Shown: positions 47,900-62,183 of the stretch, piece by piece
How positions within the stretch are numbered: position 1 is the first letter of the stretch
How the letters are laid out: every line of letters starts with the position of its first letter
Made by a program: the position numbers and the translations under genes
Notes under the pieces: model-generated
The model's database searches: none
Seen by the model: the letters and a program-made list of their open reading frames with translations, nothing else
Told to the model about the DNA's origin: nothing
Origin: Vicugna vicugna
Taxonomy: Eukaryota
Length of the DNA stretch: 64,000 bases
Assembly (NCBI GenBank): GCA_013265495.1
Contig: MU058781.1
Coordinates: 3,969,050-4,033,049 of the forward strand
Direction: 5' to 3'

Positions 47900-48110
47900 G
47901 CGAGTCTCTTTTGGGAACGGAGGCTGGACACTTGTAAGGAGCGCAGGGTCTATGCTAGGTGCTTTTCATCCATTAGCTTCTCCCACCTTACAGATTAGGT
48001 AACTCAGCCTTGGAGAGGTTAAATAACGTCCCCAGGTCCCATAGCTCACGGGTGGAGCCAAGATTCAGACTCGAGTCTGCAGATCTATTTGACTCCCAAG
48101 ACCTGCTCTT
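47900..48110 (-). mobile_element. MIR SINE
   Basis: ttacagattaggtaactcagccttggagaggttaaataacgtccccaggtcccatagc. Confidence 0.75.
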
Positions 48111-49184
48111 TCTGTGAAATTCTATTCCTCCCTTGGTGTGGGGACTATGTGCGCCCCTGGGAACAGGTACGCAGTCCTCACACGTCTTCTATGGGGTAGC
48201 TCGGCTGCCCTCGGTCAACCACCCTCTGTGCCTCAGATCTTGTTACCATTTATGCAGTTTCCAATAAAATATTTGTAATAATCTCTAAGGTGACAGAAAT
48301 GGCATCAGTCCACCGACATCTGGAAAGGCTCAGGGCCGCCATGACCACTGGCACGGTGTCCGGGCTCAGCCCATCTCCGCCATGGGCTGCGGATGCCCTG
48401 AATCAGATCCCCAGGCCGGGAAGGGCAGGAACAGAGCTGCAACCAGGCCTGGGAGGTTTCCCTGAGATAGAGCCATGACTTACGTCCCCTTGGTAAAGCT
48501 GATCTGGGCAACAAGCCCTTGGGGAGTGGGTAACCCAGTCTGACAAGCGACCTTGACAGAATTACAGCAGTAATATTTTCAGTTGGTTGAGCTGGTCTTG
48601 GCCAATGTCTCTAGAGCGTTAGGTGCAAACATAAGTCTGCGGCTCCACATCGTGCATGCTGGCGTCAGCCTCTTCCCCTCCGCTGTTGAAAGTATTTATC
48701 CTGTGGCTTGGACCAGGGACAGCTTTCTCTTCCCCGGTGAGAGTGAGAGCCTCCAGGCTTCCCTCCTCCCGCTGCTGGAAGGGCAGCGAAGCAATGCAGA
48801 CAGGGATGTTGCTCCAAGCCCATCGGGCAGGACTAGTGTTTAGTGACCTTCTGCACCAGTAATTCTGTCCTTTGGGGATTGAAATGGATTTTCCTCCTTT
48901 CTGTGTGCGAGCACAACCCCAGGGGACAGCTCTGTTACCAACACCAACCTCAGGTATGCAGTTAAGGGTGAGCAACAACCCTCTTGAAAAGATGAATGAG
49001 GAGAGTTCTTTAAAGGAGGCCCTTTGTCACCTCTGCAAAGGGAACAGGATGTCTGCTTACATCTCCAGAGTGGTTTTTAATTTCTCCATGCCATTGTGTG
49101 TGTGTGCACGCAGAAATGAGGGTGAGGGTTGTCTGAAGCTGTGAGAGAAAAATGTGTAAAACTCCAAATTCTTGTCCATGTGGT

Positions 49185-49592
49185 CAGGCTGGGATCAAGG
49201 CATACAAGATGCTTGCCTCTGGCCAAAGATGTCAGGAGGTGTACAAAAAAGTCAGCACCCAAAATGTTTTAACGCCATATATTTAAAGATCAAAATTATA
49301 TGCAAAAAAAAAAAAGTCCACGGTGAGCAACATATCAAAAATTTAAATAAATGAACAATTGATATCACGAAATTTTGCTTTTGCCTCAGACTCCAGTATG
49401 ACTCAGCACAGCACTTGCTTATAAACTTTTGATACAGGGTCATCATGGATTTTTTTTCAACTTTTAAAATATTGTATGAAGATATGATTTATCTTGATTA
49501 CTGAGGGTTTTTTGTTTGTTTGTTTTTTCCCTGGCGTCCCTTTAAGTTTTGCACGCTTGGGGAATTACCTCTCCCTGGTCCCAGTTCCCTTC
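49185..49592. mobile_element. hAT-Tip100 MITE (MER96B-like)
   Basis: Degenerate inverted termini: caggctgggatcaagg... and ...gatttatcttgattactgag...ggcgtccctttaagttttgcac...gtcccagttccct. Confidence 0.6.
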
Positions 49593-52500
49593 AGGTATGG
49601 CCTAAATCAGAGGCAGGGCTGATTCTGAGCTTGGCTGGAATTTATATTCTGCCTCCAAACTGAAAATGAGTCGTTGAACTCTCCTTCTGGATAATAACTA
49701 TTTAAGTCCAGAATGGCATTTGGATTTTGTCATTGACTTGGTCGCTGCTAAAGTCATTTTGAGTGCCAGGCAATACAATAGAATTGGTTCTCTTGAGGAT
49801 AGTGTCAATTCTGTACATACCATGGATGATTCAAGAGCTGGCTAGGCCGTGGGAGGATACAGTGAGTGTCTTGGCAGATACTCAGGGTTAATTTTGATGC
49901 CCAGTCCTCGCTGACGATGTCTGTAGAGGATCCTCGCCCTCCTCTCCCAAGCTTACTGCACATGCTCAGCTGGGCGCCCCCACATCATCATCACTGGTGT
50001 CCCCTGCAGCTGCAGGCTGCGCAGGTATCATTTCAGTAGTTGCCTTTTAAAGATATGGCCCGACGACTTCTGGTGCTTCTGGAAAAGCTAGCTATTTCAT
50101 AATTGTAAAATTGACCTCTATTCCACAGCTTTACAACCCACGGGTGTATTTCCTGGCAAATCCATCGAACCCAAAGTTAAATGACCTTTCCTAGTGAGAG
50201 ATGGGCAAGTGGTTGAAAATATCACAGCAACCGCTCTGCTCAACTTGTAATATTCCTTTACAGTCACTGTCTCAGGTCTTCCCTGGGTCTATTAACCGGC
50301 AAGTTTAAGGGGCGAAACTGTGAGCTTGGAGTCCTGCCATTTGGAATGAGAGGCTGCCTGACTCTGGTTTTCAGTCTTAACTTTTCCAGTGTGTTCTTTC
50401 CCATCTCAAACCTGCTCTTCCTCCTTGATGCTTCCTTTCGAGGAGCTGACATCATCGTCTGTACCCAGGCACATGGTCCCAATTTTACCTCTGTAACTAT
50501 TTGGGTCCCACTCGGCTGGCAGAATGATCCTGTTAGAATGTTGATGTGATCACGTCATTTTCTTTAGAACCCATAGCAACAACTCCTTCTGGCTTAGAAG
50601 ATAAGGTTCCACTTTCCAATTTTGGCTCTGCTCACCTCACTGGACTCACGGCTCTCTGCTCTGGCTCAGCCCCTGGACCTTTGCACACACTCTTCCCTCT
50701 TGTCACACTCCAGTTTCCTGTCTTAGGGTAACTGTATGGCTGCCAGCCTCCTTGGAATGAGAGGCCAGGTGATGGTGGGGTCCTGGGGTTCTGGTGTGGA
50801 CTTTCACTCCTTGCCCTGATGTCAGTAGGGTGCCACCCCCCATCCTTCAACATACTTGGTGGGCTTGATTCTAGAGCCACTCATGTTCATTTCATCCCCT
50901 AAATAAGACACCTCTGCACGTCCTGAGGGGTGAGGATGAGGACCAACTGCCTGGCTGGACCAGCTGATGGAGCAGCCTGCACGATCTTGCCTCTTTCATG
51001 ACTTCTAATTACTTTTCCTAGTTTCAGCCTCTGGCCTCCCTTGAGTCTTCAGTGATGCTCAGGGCTTCAACTTCCTGAATCTTTCTAGAGTTCTAGGGAG
51101 CAGATTGTTATTTATCATTGATATCCCTTTTCGGAGGCACTTAAGATACAGCTTTTTAGGTTGGCTAACATCCGTGGTCTGACTTCATTTCCCTTATCTG
51201 TAAAATGATGAAAAATGTTACATCACTTTCAATTCCATTAAAGGAGTTGAATGAGGTAATCTCTCAGGTGACTTCTAAGCCAGGACTATCCTATGATTAG
51301 TCAAGGAATTCTGATTTGCCAGCATGTTGTGTACGAGTTCTCTCTTCCCCAGTTGACTGTGGTCAGTGGGAAATCAGACACGTTGGCTCCAGGATGATCT
51401 GGCAAATTAATGGACATTTGTTTTTAGGTTAAATTAAAGTTTGCTTGTATGCATTTTTTTAAATGATTCCCTATTTTGGTAGACTTTTTGATTAATTGAC
51501 TGACAATGAAAATGTGGATAGTATGTTGGATAAGAGAGTTTGTGAAAGGAAACCACCAAGGGTTTCAATGCTGGGGAGGGGCTGGAGGACCTACTTAGAG
51601 AGGCGTGAGTGATGTCACCTTCTGGCAGAGGGAGTCACCGCATGGCCTGTGTCCCCTCTGTGACTTGGTGGGTAATGGCCTAAGGTTCAGGGAGAGATGT
51701 TATTGGACCAATTAAATAGTTAGAGTTGTTAAAAAAGACCAAGTTTTCATTATGCTTTCCAAGAGTGGGCCGTAATTTTTATTTAAGTATACACAAGCCA
51801 CAGAAGTCTGAAAGGCATTACAACGCAATGTATGTAGCTGTTGTGGGCGTCCCAGGGATCACCCTGGATTGCTACTCTGGGAGTCACGTGCGGTCACTGC
51901 TGGCAACAGCCAGTCCCCGGGGCAGGGCTCTCCTGGCAAGCGTGGGCAGGAGCTTAGAGCTGCGGTTATTTTGGAAAGAGGAACGAGCAGATGTGCCCCT
52001 CCGCTGACTCCTCGACCTGCCACGGGACTCACTGGCCCCTTGGAGGGGGGCTCTGATACCCAACGGCGTAGAGGTGCTTTTGGTTAATTGTTACGGCCGC
52101 GTGTAAGAAGAACTCCGGGTGAGGCGGCCAAGTCTTTCATGAGGGCCAGAAATGGAAAAGCCTGTCAAACAGAAAATGAAGTTTAGTTTGGCATTCTGAT
52201 AGATCATTAGCCTCAAAATGCACACTTGGCCTGGCTGGCAGGCTCTAGGAAAGGAATAGTAACCGTGCAGAGCCCAAGCGGACCAGCCTCCTGGCCCCAG
52301 GGCCGCGTGGAGCCCGGCTCCAGCCCCATGTCCTTGCCGTCGAGGGGGAAGGGTGGCTCCACCCAGGATCTCCTTTCCTTGCCATGGGCATTTGGCTCTG
52401 CCGGATGTTAAACTTGGTCTTTTCAGACTTACTGCTTCCCATGGCCGGCTCCATCTAAGTGCCCCCTACGCCCCGACATGACGTGGTCTCGCTTCTGCCT

Positions 52501-53188
52501 CCTGCCCCCGCTACAGTCTAACCTGGGAGGTTCCAGATGGACGCTGCTGTCATTTCTTATGTCTGAGTCCCTTCTTGACAAGCATGTGACCCTGGGGATT
52601 TTGTCTGCTTTATTTTCTGATGATACACATACACAATGTACCCAACTTCTGACGTGATGAAATTTCATCCTACGGGGACAGAAATGTACTGGTCTTTGGA
52701 AATTCACAGCTGGGTTTGGAAGCAAGTTGATATCACTGGTGATGTGCGGGGTGACACAGATTTATGTGACGAGCTTCTCTGGCAAGCCACATCATCAGGG
52801 TCACAAACCCCTGTCCTTTCCAAAATGTAACCAAAACTTATGTATGTCTCAAAGTGTCCTTTGAGCAGAGGTCATGGACTTGGATGAGGATGGGTGCCAG
52901 AATGAGTCTCAGGCTGATTGTGTGTTGTGTGTGTGTAGGGGGGTTGATGGCGTGGAGACCAGGGAAGGGTGGATGGTGAGATATGCAGGCTTGGAGGATA
53001 GAGGAGATGGGAGCTGACAGCTTGAGTGATAAAAAGGGAGAATTTTAAGGAAACAGATGATTCAAAAATTGATTTCTGGAATTTCGTGCGGGCTGAGCTC
53101 ACAGGGGAACTGAAAAAGTTACCTAGAGCCTGGATACACTGTTAGGGTCATGATGTGGAGTCTGAACCCTGACGGTGCTGGTCGCTTA

Positions 53189-53318
53189 CTTTTTTTTTTG
53201 AAGTATAGTTGATTTACAATGTTGTGTTAATTTCTGGTGTACAGCATAGTGATTCAGTTATATATATATATTCCTTTTCATATTCTTTTTCATTATAGGC
53301 CATTACAAGGTATTGAAC
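53189..53318 (-). mobile_element. L1 3' end fragment
   Basis: T-run then gaagtatagttgatttacaatgttgtgttaatttctggtgtacagcatagtgattcag; homologous to 12835-12925. Confidence 0.85.
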
Positions 53319-54129
53319 TGAATTTTTCTGAGTGGTAACATACTTACTCTGCACAGAGGTATTAGCATACGTCTAAGGCTCATTCCACTCCCCTGTTCCC
53401 TACAGGAGGACCTTGTTGTTTGATCACTTTGAGACCTGACTCTGCGGTTTGGGTTCTTCGGTGGCCAATCACCTTCTCTAACTTCAAAATCTGAACTAAG
53501 GAAAATGAAAGGAAGCTTATCATTTGCAGTAGAGCTAGAAGTGAAAAGATGGCATGAGATTGAGTTGGGGTCGAGGCAAGCCAACACTTGCCTCTCTCTG
53601 GAGAGAGAGATGCTAACAAGGTTCGGGAGCTTCTTTTGGATCTTAGACCATTCTAACAAGCTTAGGAAAGCTATGGGCTCTCTCCCCTGAGAAATATGTA
53701 AATTAACATATATACAATGTTTTGCTTGGAGTTTCAAGATGCTTATAAATGTTTTTAATCTTGGGCTCGTTAATTCTAGAAAAAAGGCAATAATCTGGTT
53801 GGTTTTGAGACAGTAAAGAGGATGTGCAGGAAGAAACAGGGGCAGAGAGAGACAGAGACCCCCAGACCTGCTCCATCTCCTGAGGTCTCCAGGTCTAGCT
53901 CCAGTCCACCTGACCTTTCCAATAAACTCCCCTTTCCTTGAGATAAATTGAGTGAGTCTCTGTTCTTGCAGCCAAAGGTGCTTTCCTTAAACAACCAGAT
54001 CATCATGCACGCAGTCACGCAAGCTGTGAACCTTAGAGTCACACCTCTAACTCCAAACATCACCTTCCAAGGGCTCCATGCTTCGCCTTTCTTACTGTGC
54101 TGACATCCCAGGGGCCAACCCATCCCTTC

Positions 54130-54800
54130 TCGATCACTTGTTTCCTCATGATTTCTCTGCCTCCAGCCCAGATTGCTTCTCAGACTGTACACTCAGGTAG
54201 CCAGCCACCGACTGAGCATTTCTACTTGGTTGTCCCATAAATATTGCAAATGCAACCCAAACTCATAGGTTTCTTGCCACCAAAAAGAAGGAGGAAGCCA
54301 AAATAAAAGCGAGGCACACAGAAGTCCTCTTTTCTTAATTGCTGTGTCTTTCTTTTGTCAACAGCATCCATTCAAAGAAGCCTAAGAAGCAACTCTGACA
54401 CTCTTCTCCCTCCTAACCTCAACTGAGGCAGTCACTACATCTTGCTCATTCTGTCCACCGAAGAGTTGTCACACCTGTCTGTTTCTGTCACCCTACTGCC
54501 ACCATCCTTACCCTGCCATTCTCATCCATCACCTGGAGGAGGTTTATGGTAAAATAAAACTTGGATCTGTCTCCCTGTCTCCCATCTCGACCACTCCAGC
54601 CTGTCCTCCAGCTGCAGCCCCGAGAGAAGCCTAAGGTTCAAATCTAGGACACTCCCACTTACAGCTCTAAGAGATCACGTTCACATGCCCTACAGGGCAG
54701 AAGGGCCTCCATGACGGCCCCATGCCCCTCCCTGCACGTCCCTTCCTGCTCTGGCCAAGTGACGTTCTTACACTTTCAGCCCAGACCATCCTGTTTCCTG
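54130..54800 (+). mobile_element. L2 relic
   Basis: ctccagcccagattgcttctcagact...catttctacttggttgtccc; cactccagcctgtcctcca. Confidence 0.6.
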
Positions 54801-55979
54801 TCCCAAGACTCTGCTGGGGATGCCCTCCTCTAGCTGAAGGCTTTTCAGAGGCTCCTCTTTAGCTAAATACCTTTGGAAGTTCTGAAAAAAAAATATATAT
54901 ATATACAAATTATGCAAAATTACTAACACTTTAATAAAGAAATTGAGAACTGTACATAACACACTGCATGGCCAAACGTGGCCACTTAAAGATGTTTAAT
55001 GTATTGAATGCATCCAATAGTTACCATCTAAGGTTCCCTGTGTTCCTCTTCTGATGGTCTCTTCTCAGCTCCTCTCTGCCCTGGTGACACTGACCCTGCA
55101 AACTCTCCAGCTACCCTCACTTCAGCCTTTCCCTCCTCTTATGTTTCTACTCACTCACCCTAGCTTCCTTTTTTTAAATGGAGACCAGTATGGTTCTCAT
55201 TTAGATTTTCCAACTAGCAGCCTTCAGCTTAGCACTTCATCAGCAGATGCAATATTTTTCGAGGGATTGGCCTTCATTGGAAAGCAGGGTGAATCTGAAA
55301 AATGTGAATTTTAACTAATATGTAAATTTTAAAGGACCTATAAATTTTTCGGATAACTTTTTTTCTGGTTACAAAAGTAGTTTCTGCTTATTGAGGAAAT
55401 ATTAGAAATAACAAAAGAGTGGAAAGAAAGCCATAACAAGTACCACATAGCCAACTACACAGATGTAACATAATTCTCCCTCTGTCTGTCTCTCCTCCCC
55501 TCTTCCTCCTTGGTTTAGCTTGGATCCCCATAAGAAGCCAGAAAGAATCTCTCCTAGGCCCTCTAGGGAGGCTGAAATCAAGCCTACATTGCAAAAGAAA
55601 AAAAAAATTCTGAAGAAAATCGACTTTTTCTTTTCTTTTAATGAAAACAAGCTGTTGCAACCTGGAAACCCATAGGTATTCCCTCGCTTAAAAAAATGAT
55701 TGGTTGACTTAATATTTGAATCGGTAGTTCATTCACCTCCCTCAGAATTCTAGGAATATAAGAACTTACTGTGCTTTTTAAATATGTCTGCAAATTCGTC
55801 GCTACTCACCCCAGCAGAAGATAGAGTAGAATTCCTCGCCTCTTGAATATAAACTGGCTCTAATGACCCAATCAGAGATGTTCATGTACTTGAAAAAAAA
55901 GATAAATATATCCTTTCTCCTCCTTTTTATACACTGTTTCATACTTTGACTTTTTCCCACCTATCAGTACATTTTGGAG

Positions 55980-57100
55980 ATCTTTTATTTTATTTTATTT
56001 TTGCAGTTGAATAATATTGCCTTGTCTGAGTCCCTTTTTAATGGACATTTCAGTAGTTCCTTATCTTTTGCTCTTACGATGTTGCAAGAAATAATTCTGT
56101 ATATATCATTTTTCACATATGAGGGTATAACTGTAGGATAAAGGCTTGGAAATGGAATTGCTGGGTCAAAGGGCAGGCACATTTGTAATTTTAATAGATA
56201 TTACCATATTGACCTTCCCAGCCCTCCAATTTACTCCCCCTCCAGTGATAAATGAGTTCCCTTTACTTCAAACTTCAGCAACTCAGTATATTACTGGACT
56301 TTTGGATCTTTGCCAATCTCAGTGACCAAAAAATAGTATCTCGGTGCAGTTTTAATTTATATTTTTAAAATGAGTGATGTTGAACACAGTTTGTATTTTT
56401 AAGTCTTTTTTGTATTTACTTTTCTCTCTTCTATCTACTTTTATATTCTTTGCCCATTTTTTGAACGAATTGATGATCTTTAAAGAAATTCACTTCAACA
56501 TACGTATTTGAAATTGGTCTGTAACGGAAGAAGTAAATTTTTTCCTGATTTGTTGTTTGCCTTTTGGACTCTGTTTGTAATATTTATTGCATGGAGAATG
56601 TGTATTTTATTTCTCCATGACAGAATTTATTGTCTTTTTTTTTTTATGGCTTCTGAATCATATGTCATAGTTGGAAAAGTCTTTCCCAATCTAAAATTAC
56701 TGAATAATTCCCTTATATTTTCTTCTACTTCTTGGGGGTGCTAATTTTTTACATTTGGAATTTATTCAGGTGTAAGTGTAAAGTATGGCTCCAACTTTAT
56801 TTTTTCAAGATGGCTTCTGTGTTGATCCAACACCACTGATCTGATAATCCACTTTCTCCTCAGTCATTTAGATGCCACTTGTAGGCGTGTCTCTCTTTAT
56901 TTCTAGACTCCCTATTTTGTTCCACTGATTTGTCTGTCTATTCTGATGCAGTGTCATGCTTTTCAGGTGCTGATGTTTTAGAGTATGTTTCAATATTTCA
57001 TATACATATTCCTCATTCATTGCTCTTTTTATTCAGAGTTTTCCAGGTAAATCTTGTTTATTTGTCCATATGAGATTTTGCATCACTGTGTCTGCCTTTT
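55980..57100 (-). mobile_element. Ancient L1 ORF2 C-terminal relic
   Basis: Minus-strand translation LPFDPAIPFPSLYP (55985-56182) matches the L1 ORF2 motif PFDPAIPLLGIYP; degenerate. Confidence 0.85.
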
Positions 57101-60100
57101 TAGGAGTGCATATCTGAAGTCAATGTCTACTAATACCCTTAAATCTTTGACAATATGGCCACTTTCTTTTAAGGCTCTTATCTCTTTCATATTCAATTCT
57201 AAATTGTTCTTACTTTTTTAATCAAAGGAAATTCTAAGGGACACAATTTCCACTACCTTCTGAAAATAAAATTATTAGCAAGATTCGTCAAAGAAACCAT
57301 GCATTCGATGTTCTCAGTCTGTAGCAGATGTCTGGAGAGGTTAAATCCATCACTCATAATGGGCAGATCTTAGGAAATCATCAGTAACATCCTCCATCAG
57401 GCAGGGCAGCCTGTACCATATGCTCAGTGTCTCCACTCACACACTCCACTGATCCTTTCCAGCTTCATGTGCATGGATTTCCATACCCATTTATTCATCA
57501 GCTATTTTGAGAGAACCCGCTATGTGCCAGGCACTGTTTCTAGATAATAGGAATGCAGTAGTTTATAAAACATTATGGTATGTTTATGGTGCCTCATTTT
57601 GAAGCTTTGGATTCACCTTCTAGGAAAGAGGTTAGTCCTGATATATATGGTGGATTAAACCTTCTCCATTCATTCATTTTTCATTTCTCCAGGAGCATGC
57701 ATGGAGTGAGCATTTTGTACCAGGTGCCAGGCTGGCAGCTTGGGGTATTTCTTCCTCACGTCATGTGTTTTCCATTCATGAGCTTCTTAACATTCTTTTT
57801 GATTCTATCTCCTTAGAGTTACTTTTCCTTCTGACGCTTTCTGCAGTCATCCTCGTCATTACATCCGAGAACTCTATATCCTTCCTAGTCAGCAAGAATT
57901 TAGGAGTCTGTCCCACAGAGCCTTTTCTCTCTAGCAAGAGGTTCGTGTTCATGTCATCCCCAAGCCACAGGAAGGCAGGAAGCCCTGCAAGCCCCTAACA
58001 CAGCTCAGTCCTCAAGACATCCTACTCTTTGGATGGGGAACTCAGCTGAACTGTAACTTTTAGCGGATTTCTTCTGTCCTGTTGCCCGATGATCTGCTAT
58101 GGTATTGGGACTGTTTGCCATATTTGTTCATCAGGTCAGGTCTGATCTTGAGGAATTATTGGAAATTTCTATTTAGAAGCAGCTGTGTATCTGCCTCACA
58201 CCCAGGCACAGCCCCATGGCTAGGTGACTATGTACTTTCTCAATATTCAAATTTACAAAGTTATTGTTGTCTAGTTGAAAAAAAAATCCCTCATTCTGCT
58301 GATGGCAATATTGCCAAGTATTCTGCTCAGTTCACTGAACCTCTTTATGAAGACTGTGACTCTAGGATCACTGAATTTCTCTAATGGTCAGAATTGATTA
58401 AAACCTCCTTAACAAAATAGCCTAACAATCATTGTTGGGAGAAACTTTAATTTCTCCAGTCACGTAGCTTTTGTCTACCTTGTCCTTAATCTCCGTCGCC
58501 AGGTGCACATCCTATATCCTGCAGAAGTTTTGGGGTTTGAGAATGAGTTGAGCCATTGGTTTTTATGGATGGAGAGTTCACTTAATTCTACAATGGAACT
58601 CCAGGAGTTCTGTCCTTGTGGGAAGAAAGTGTCCCAGCTCCCAGGCCCACAGAGACCCCACTTCACCAACAAGCCATCTTGCAGATCAGAAACTGCTTCT
58701 TCCTACAATTGCTTTCTGTTTCACTCTACCTCCACAGCTGGAAATGGCTGTGGTAAGTCTCACTGCTTTAACTCCATTAACATTAGCAAAATTTATGTCA
58801 ACTGCACTGACAACAGCCATCAGCCTTGGAAGACCCCAATCTTCTCTTGCACAGAGAACACACACCTGTGTCACACCTACAGTTTCTCAGACATCCCAGG
58901 ACCATTTGTCTGTCTCGTTTCCATGTCACTCTCCTCTGGACTCAGAAGTCTCCCTGCTCATCAATCCGCCTTAGTGCCAATGAGGTGTATTCTGACTCGG
59001 TACAGTCTCCTCCATTATTTCCCTCTTTAGCAAAACTGCCTATTTAGGCCAGTAAACGAGGTTTTCCTTGCAAAGCAGCTACGTTTTTGGACTGCAAAGA
59101 CGGAAGAGAAACTGGTTTTGAAACTGTACCACCCTGCATAACTTCCGGGTAATGTCCATTATTCTATAAACAGATTTTCCCCCCTTTGTTATGTATATAA
59201 GGGCTTATGGTTCCCACCCATCAGGAATTATTACCTTAGGTTTATAAGTTTTCTAGAAAGTCATGCTATGTGGACAGTCCTCAAGTTCACAGTATGCTCT
59301 GCAGACAGACTGAGCACCTCTATGCTGGGTCTGGCTGAGAAGTCGACTGAGGTTTCTCTCTTTACTTGCGGTGAAGCATCAGTGGTTTTTATTTCCAACG
59401 TATCATGGGCTGATACTTTTATAAAATTTAAAAAAAGGCACTTGGATGCTGTGGCAATGTCAAATTGCATGTAAACTTTCTAAGGGCTTGCTCTGACTTT
59501 CCGTACTTACTGCAGATGAGTGACGTTTAGTTCACGGACCAGCCCAGACCTGTGGACCACACTGTGGGTTGCACTGAGTGTTGGCCTATTGGTCACACTA
59601 TTATTCTAAGACTCATCTTGCAAAAACTGCCATGTGATGTAGGATGTGCTTGCCTCTGTTTCCTAGAGAGGAATACTGTTAGACCTGCGACCAGAGAAGT
59701 AGTTTAAGCTGCTTTTAAAAGAACAGGTGCTAAAAGCATCTGTCTGCGTCAGAACCCTGAGTCAGTGCGATGAGAGCGTGACGATGTGCAGCATTCAGGT
59801 GGGAGAGGGAAACTAACCCACAAAAGAGCGAATGCATTCATTAAATGGCTGCTCAAAACTGGAAAAGGGAACAGCAGCCAAAAGTACAAACGGGTTAGGA
59901 AAAATGGAAAAATTCATTTTAAGAAAGCTTGTTCACTTATTCCTCCACTCATCAGCAAACACCTGAGTACCTGCTCCATGCCAGTCTGAGCGCTGGACGT
60001 GGTGCAGCGGATGAAGCAGACAAAGGTACTTCTCTCACGGTGCTTACATGGAAAGTCCAAAGACAGCATCCTGGAAGGCCAAAAAAAAAAAAAAAAAGGG

Positions 60101-60178
60101 AGATGAGGATTTTAAAGCTTGAGTTTTCTCCAGAAAAGCCTCCTATATGGCTCTCTAGCAGAATAAAAGAACTCACCC

Positions 60179-60340
60179 TGGTGGTGGGGGAGGGAGGCTG
60201 TAGTTCAAGTGGTAGAGTGCATTCTTAGCATATATAAGGTCCCGGGTTCAATCCCCAATACTTCCTCTAAAAATAAAGAAATAAACCTAACTACCTCCTT
60301 CCACAAATAAAATAAAATAAAATAAAATAAAATAAAAAAT
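60179..60340 (+). mobile_element. tRNA-derived SINE (Vic-1-like)
   Basis: tgtagttcaagtggtagag...gggttcaatccccaatac with (AAAAT)n tail; TSD aaagaactcRccc at 60166-60178 and 60341-60353. Confidence 0.9.
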
Positions 60341-60849
60341 AAAGAACTCGCCCATGAGAAAATGAAAATATTGCTTGATAAAGGAGATTAAGAATGTATA
60401 TGAAACTAAGCTCATCAATTACAAATCAATACTATTCAGGAAAATAGAATTTAAGGAGACTCACTACCACAAGCTCAAAAGCCAACAGCAGGTTTCTACA
60501 CAAAAAGGAGAAAATCAATGACAGAACCAGAGGGGCCACTTAATAACCATGTAACAGAAGATGGCTTGGGTCCAGAGAGAAGCAGAAAGAGGCTTGATGA
60601 AGCCTTGTTTAGGTTTTCATGTTGCACAAGTTCACAATTCCAAATTTTCTTTTGAAGAACTGGTCAAACGTATTTTAAAAAATAGTTATAAAATCACAGG
60701 CTGTTCTGGAATTAAAAAACTGAGTGTGCAAAGAAATCCTTAGCCCTCCCTCCCCAAGTTACCCATCCAAGAATTTAGATGTGACTGAAGGACGAAATTT
60801 TGAAAGTCAATGTGCTGGAGTAAATAGCCCCTCCAGAAGGTAGAGCAAA

Positions 60850-61295
60850 AGGCCAAGTGTTGTGTGACTCCATCTTTGTCCAGAACAGGCAAATCCATAG
60901 AGACAGAAAATAGGTCAGTGGTCGCAAGAGGGTGAGGAAAGGGAAGAACTGAGAGGTGATACAGCTTCTTTTTGGGGTGATGGCAATGTTCTGGAATTGG
61001 ATAGTGGTAATGTTTTCACGAGATTATAATTACAGCTATCCTTGAACAATGTAGATTTGACTTGCGCAGGTCCACTGATCGGGGGTACGTTTCCATAGTA
61101 AACACTACAGTACTGCCCCCCCCACCCCCGTCCATGGCTGGTGGAGTCCGCTGACGTTGAGGAACCGTGGATATGGAGGAACGACTGTAAATTATACATG
61201 GATTAACCCCCCTGTTGTTCAAGGGTCAACTGTGTACTAAACCCCACTAGATTGTCCATTTCAAAATGGTTATTTTTATGTTATGCAAATTGTAT
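60850..61295 (+). mobile_element. L1MB/MC 3' UTR relic, split by a Tigger MITE
   Basis: gtccagaacaggcaaatccatagagacagaaa...ttttggggtgatggcaatgttctggaattggatagtggt. Confidence 0.8.
61033..61232. mobile_element. TcMar-Tigger MITE (Tigger2/MER8-like)
   Basis: TIRs TA-CAGCTATCCTTGAACAA ... TTGTTCAAGGGTCAACTG. Confidence 0.8.
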
Positions 61296-61461
61296 CTCTG
61301 TGCAATTTTTTGTTTTAGAGCAATGCAAAGCCTGAAAGCGTTGCGAGCCAATTTATTTCTGTCCTCTGGCTACAGCTGGAGAATGAATGGTTAAGGGTGG
61401 CTTTGCAGAGCCCAGGTAACCGGCCCTCTGAGAAGCCCAGGTGAGTGGCCAAGGCCAGGAG

Positions 61462-61769
61462 CAGGTCCGGTTTAGACATCTGACCCAGCAGGGACAGAGC
61501 TCAGGGCCCACAGTGCATTTTATTGTCCCGTGAAAATCTGTAATTTTACTTTATCTTAAAATCAGAATTTAAAAATGAATACAATAGTGATGAGCATATG
61601 ATAATGAATCCAGCTTGGATTATATTTGTCTTTATATCAACAGACATAAGACATAATTTTATTTATTTATATATATATATAAATATACATAAATATATAT
61701 ATATTTATGCAGAAGGGGCCCATGAAAGTAAAAGTGCCCAGGGCCCACTGAGGTCATAATGTGACTCTG
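61462..61769. mobile_element. hAT (Tip100-type) MITE with intact 8-bp TSD
   Basis: CAG...CTG termini; TSD GCCAGGAG at 61454-61461 and 61770-61777. Confidence 0.8.
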
Positions 61770-62183
61770 GCCAGGAGGGCAGAGATAAAGTGACTTGAGG
61801 AATTCAAGAGGTCTTTAGAAGATAAAAATGGAGGGGGCTGGTGGTGATTGGCTAGGGTGGTTGGATCTGGGGACACAGAGCTGGGTGTGTGGTGGGCTTG
61901 ACAGCTGAGGTGGGAAGTGCTGGGAGAAGAACTGAATTTGGGGGAATGATGATGAGTTCAGTTTTGGACCCACTTAGTCTGAAATGAATGAAATTCCATT
62001 TCATTTAGGGGGACTTGGATAGTCTGTGCGTAAATCGTGTAGTGGTCAGGTGAGCAAAGTTTCGCTTCTTTGGTCTCTGTAACTGGGACAGGGAGATTGC
62101 TTCCCCGAATACCTTCTTTTGAAATGTATTCATGATCCTAGAATTTTATGTATCTTACTTTTATTATAATAATTTGAGGTCTG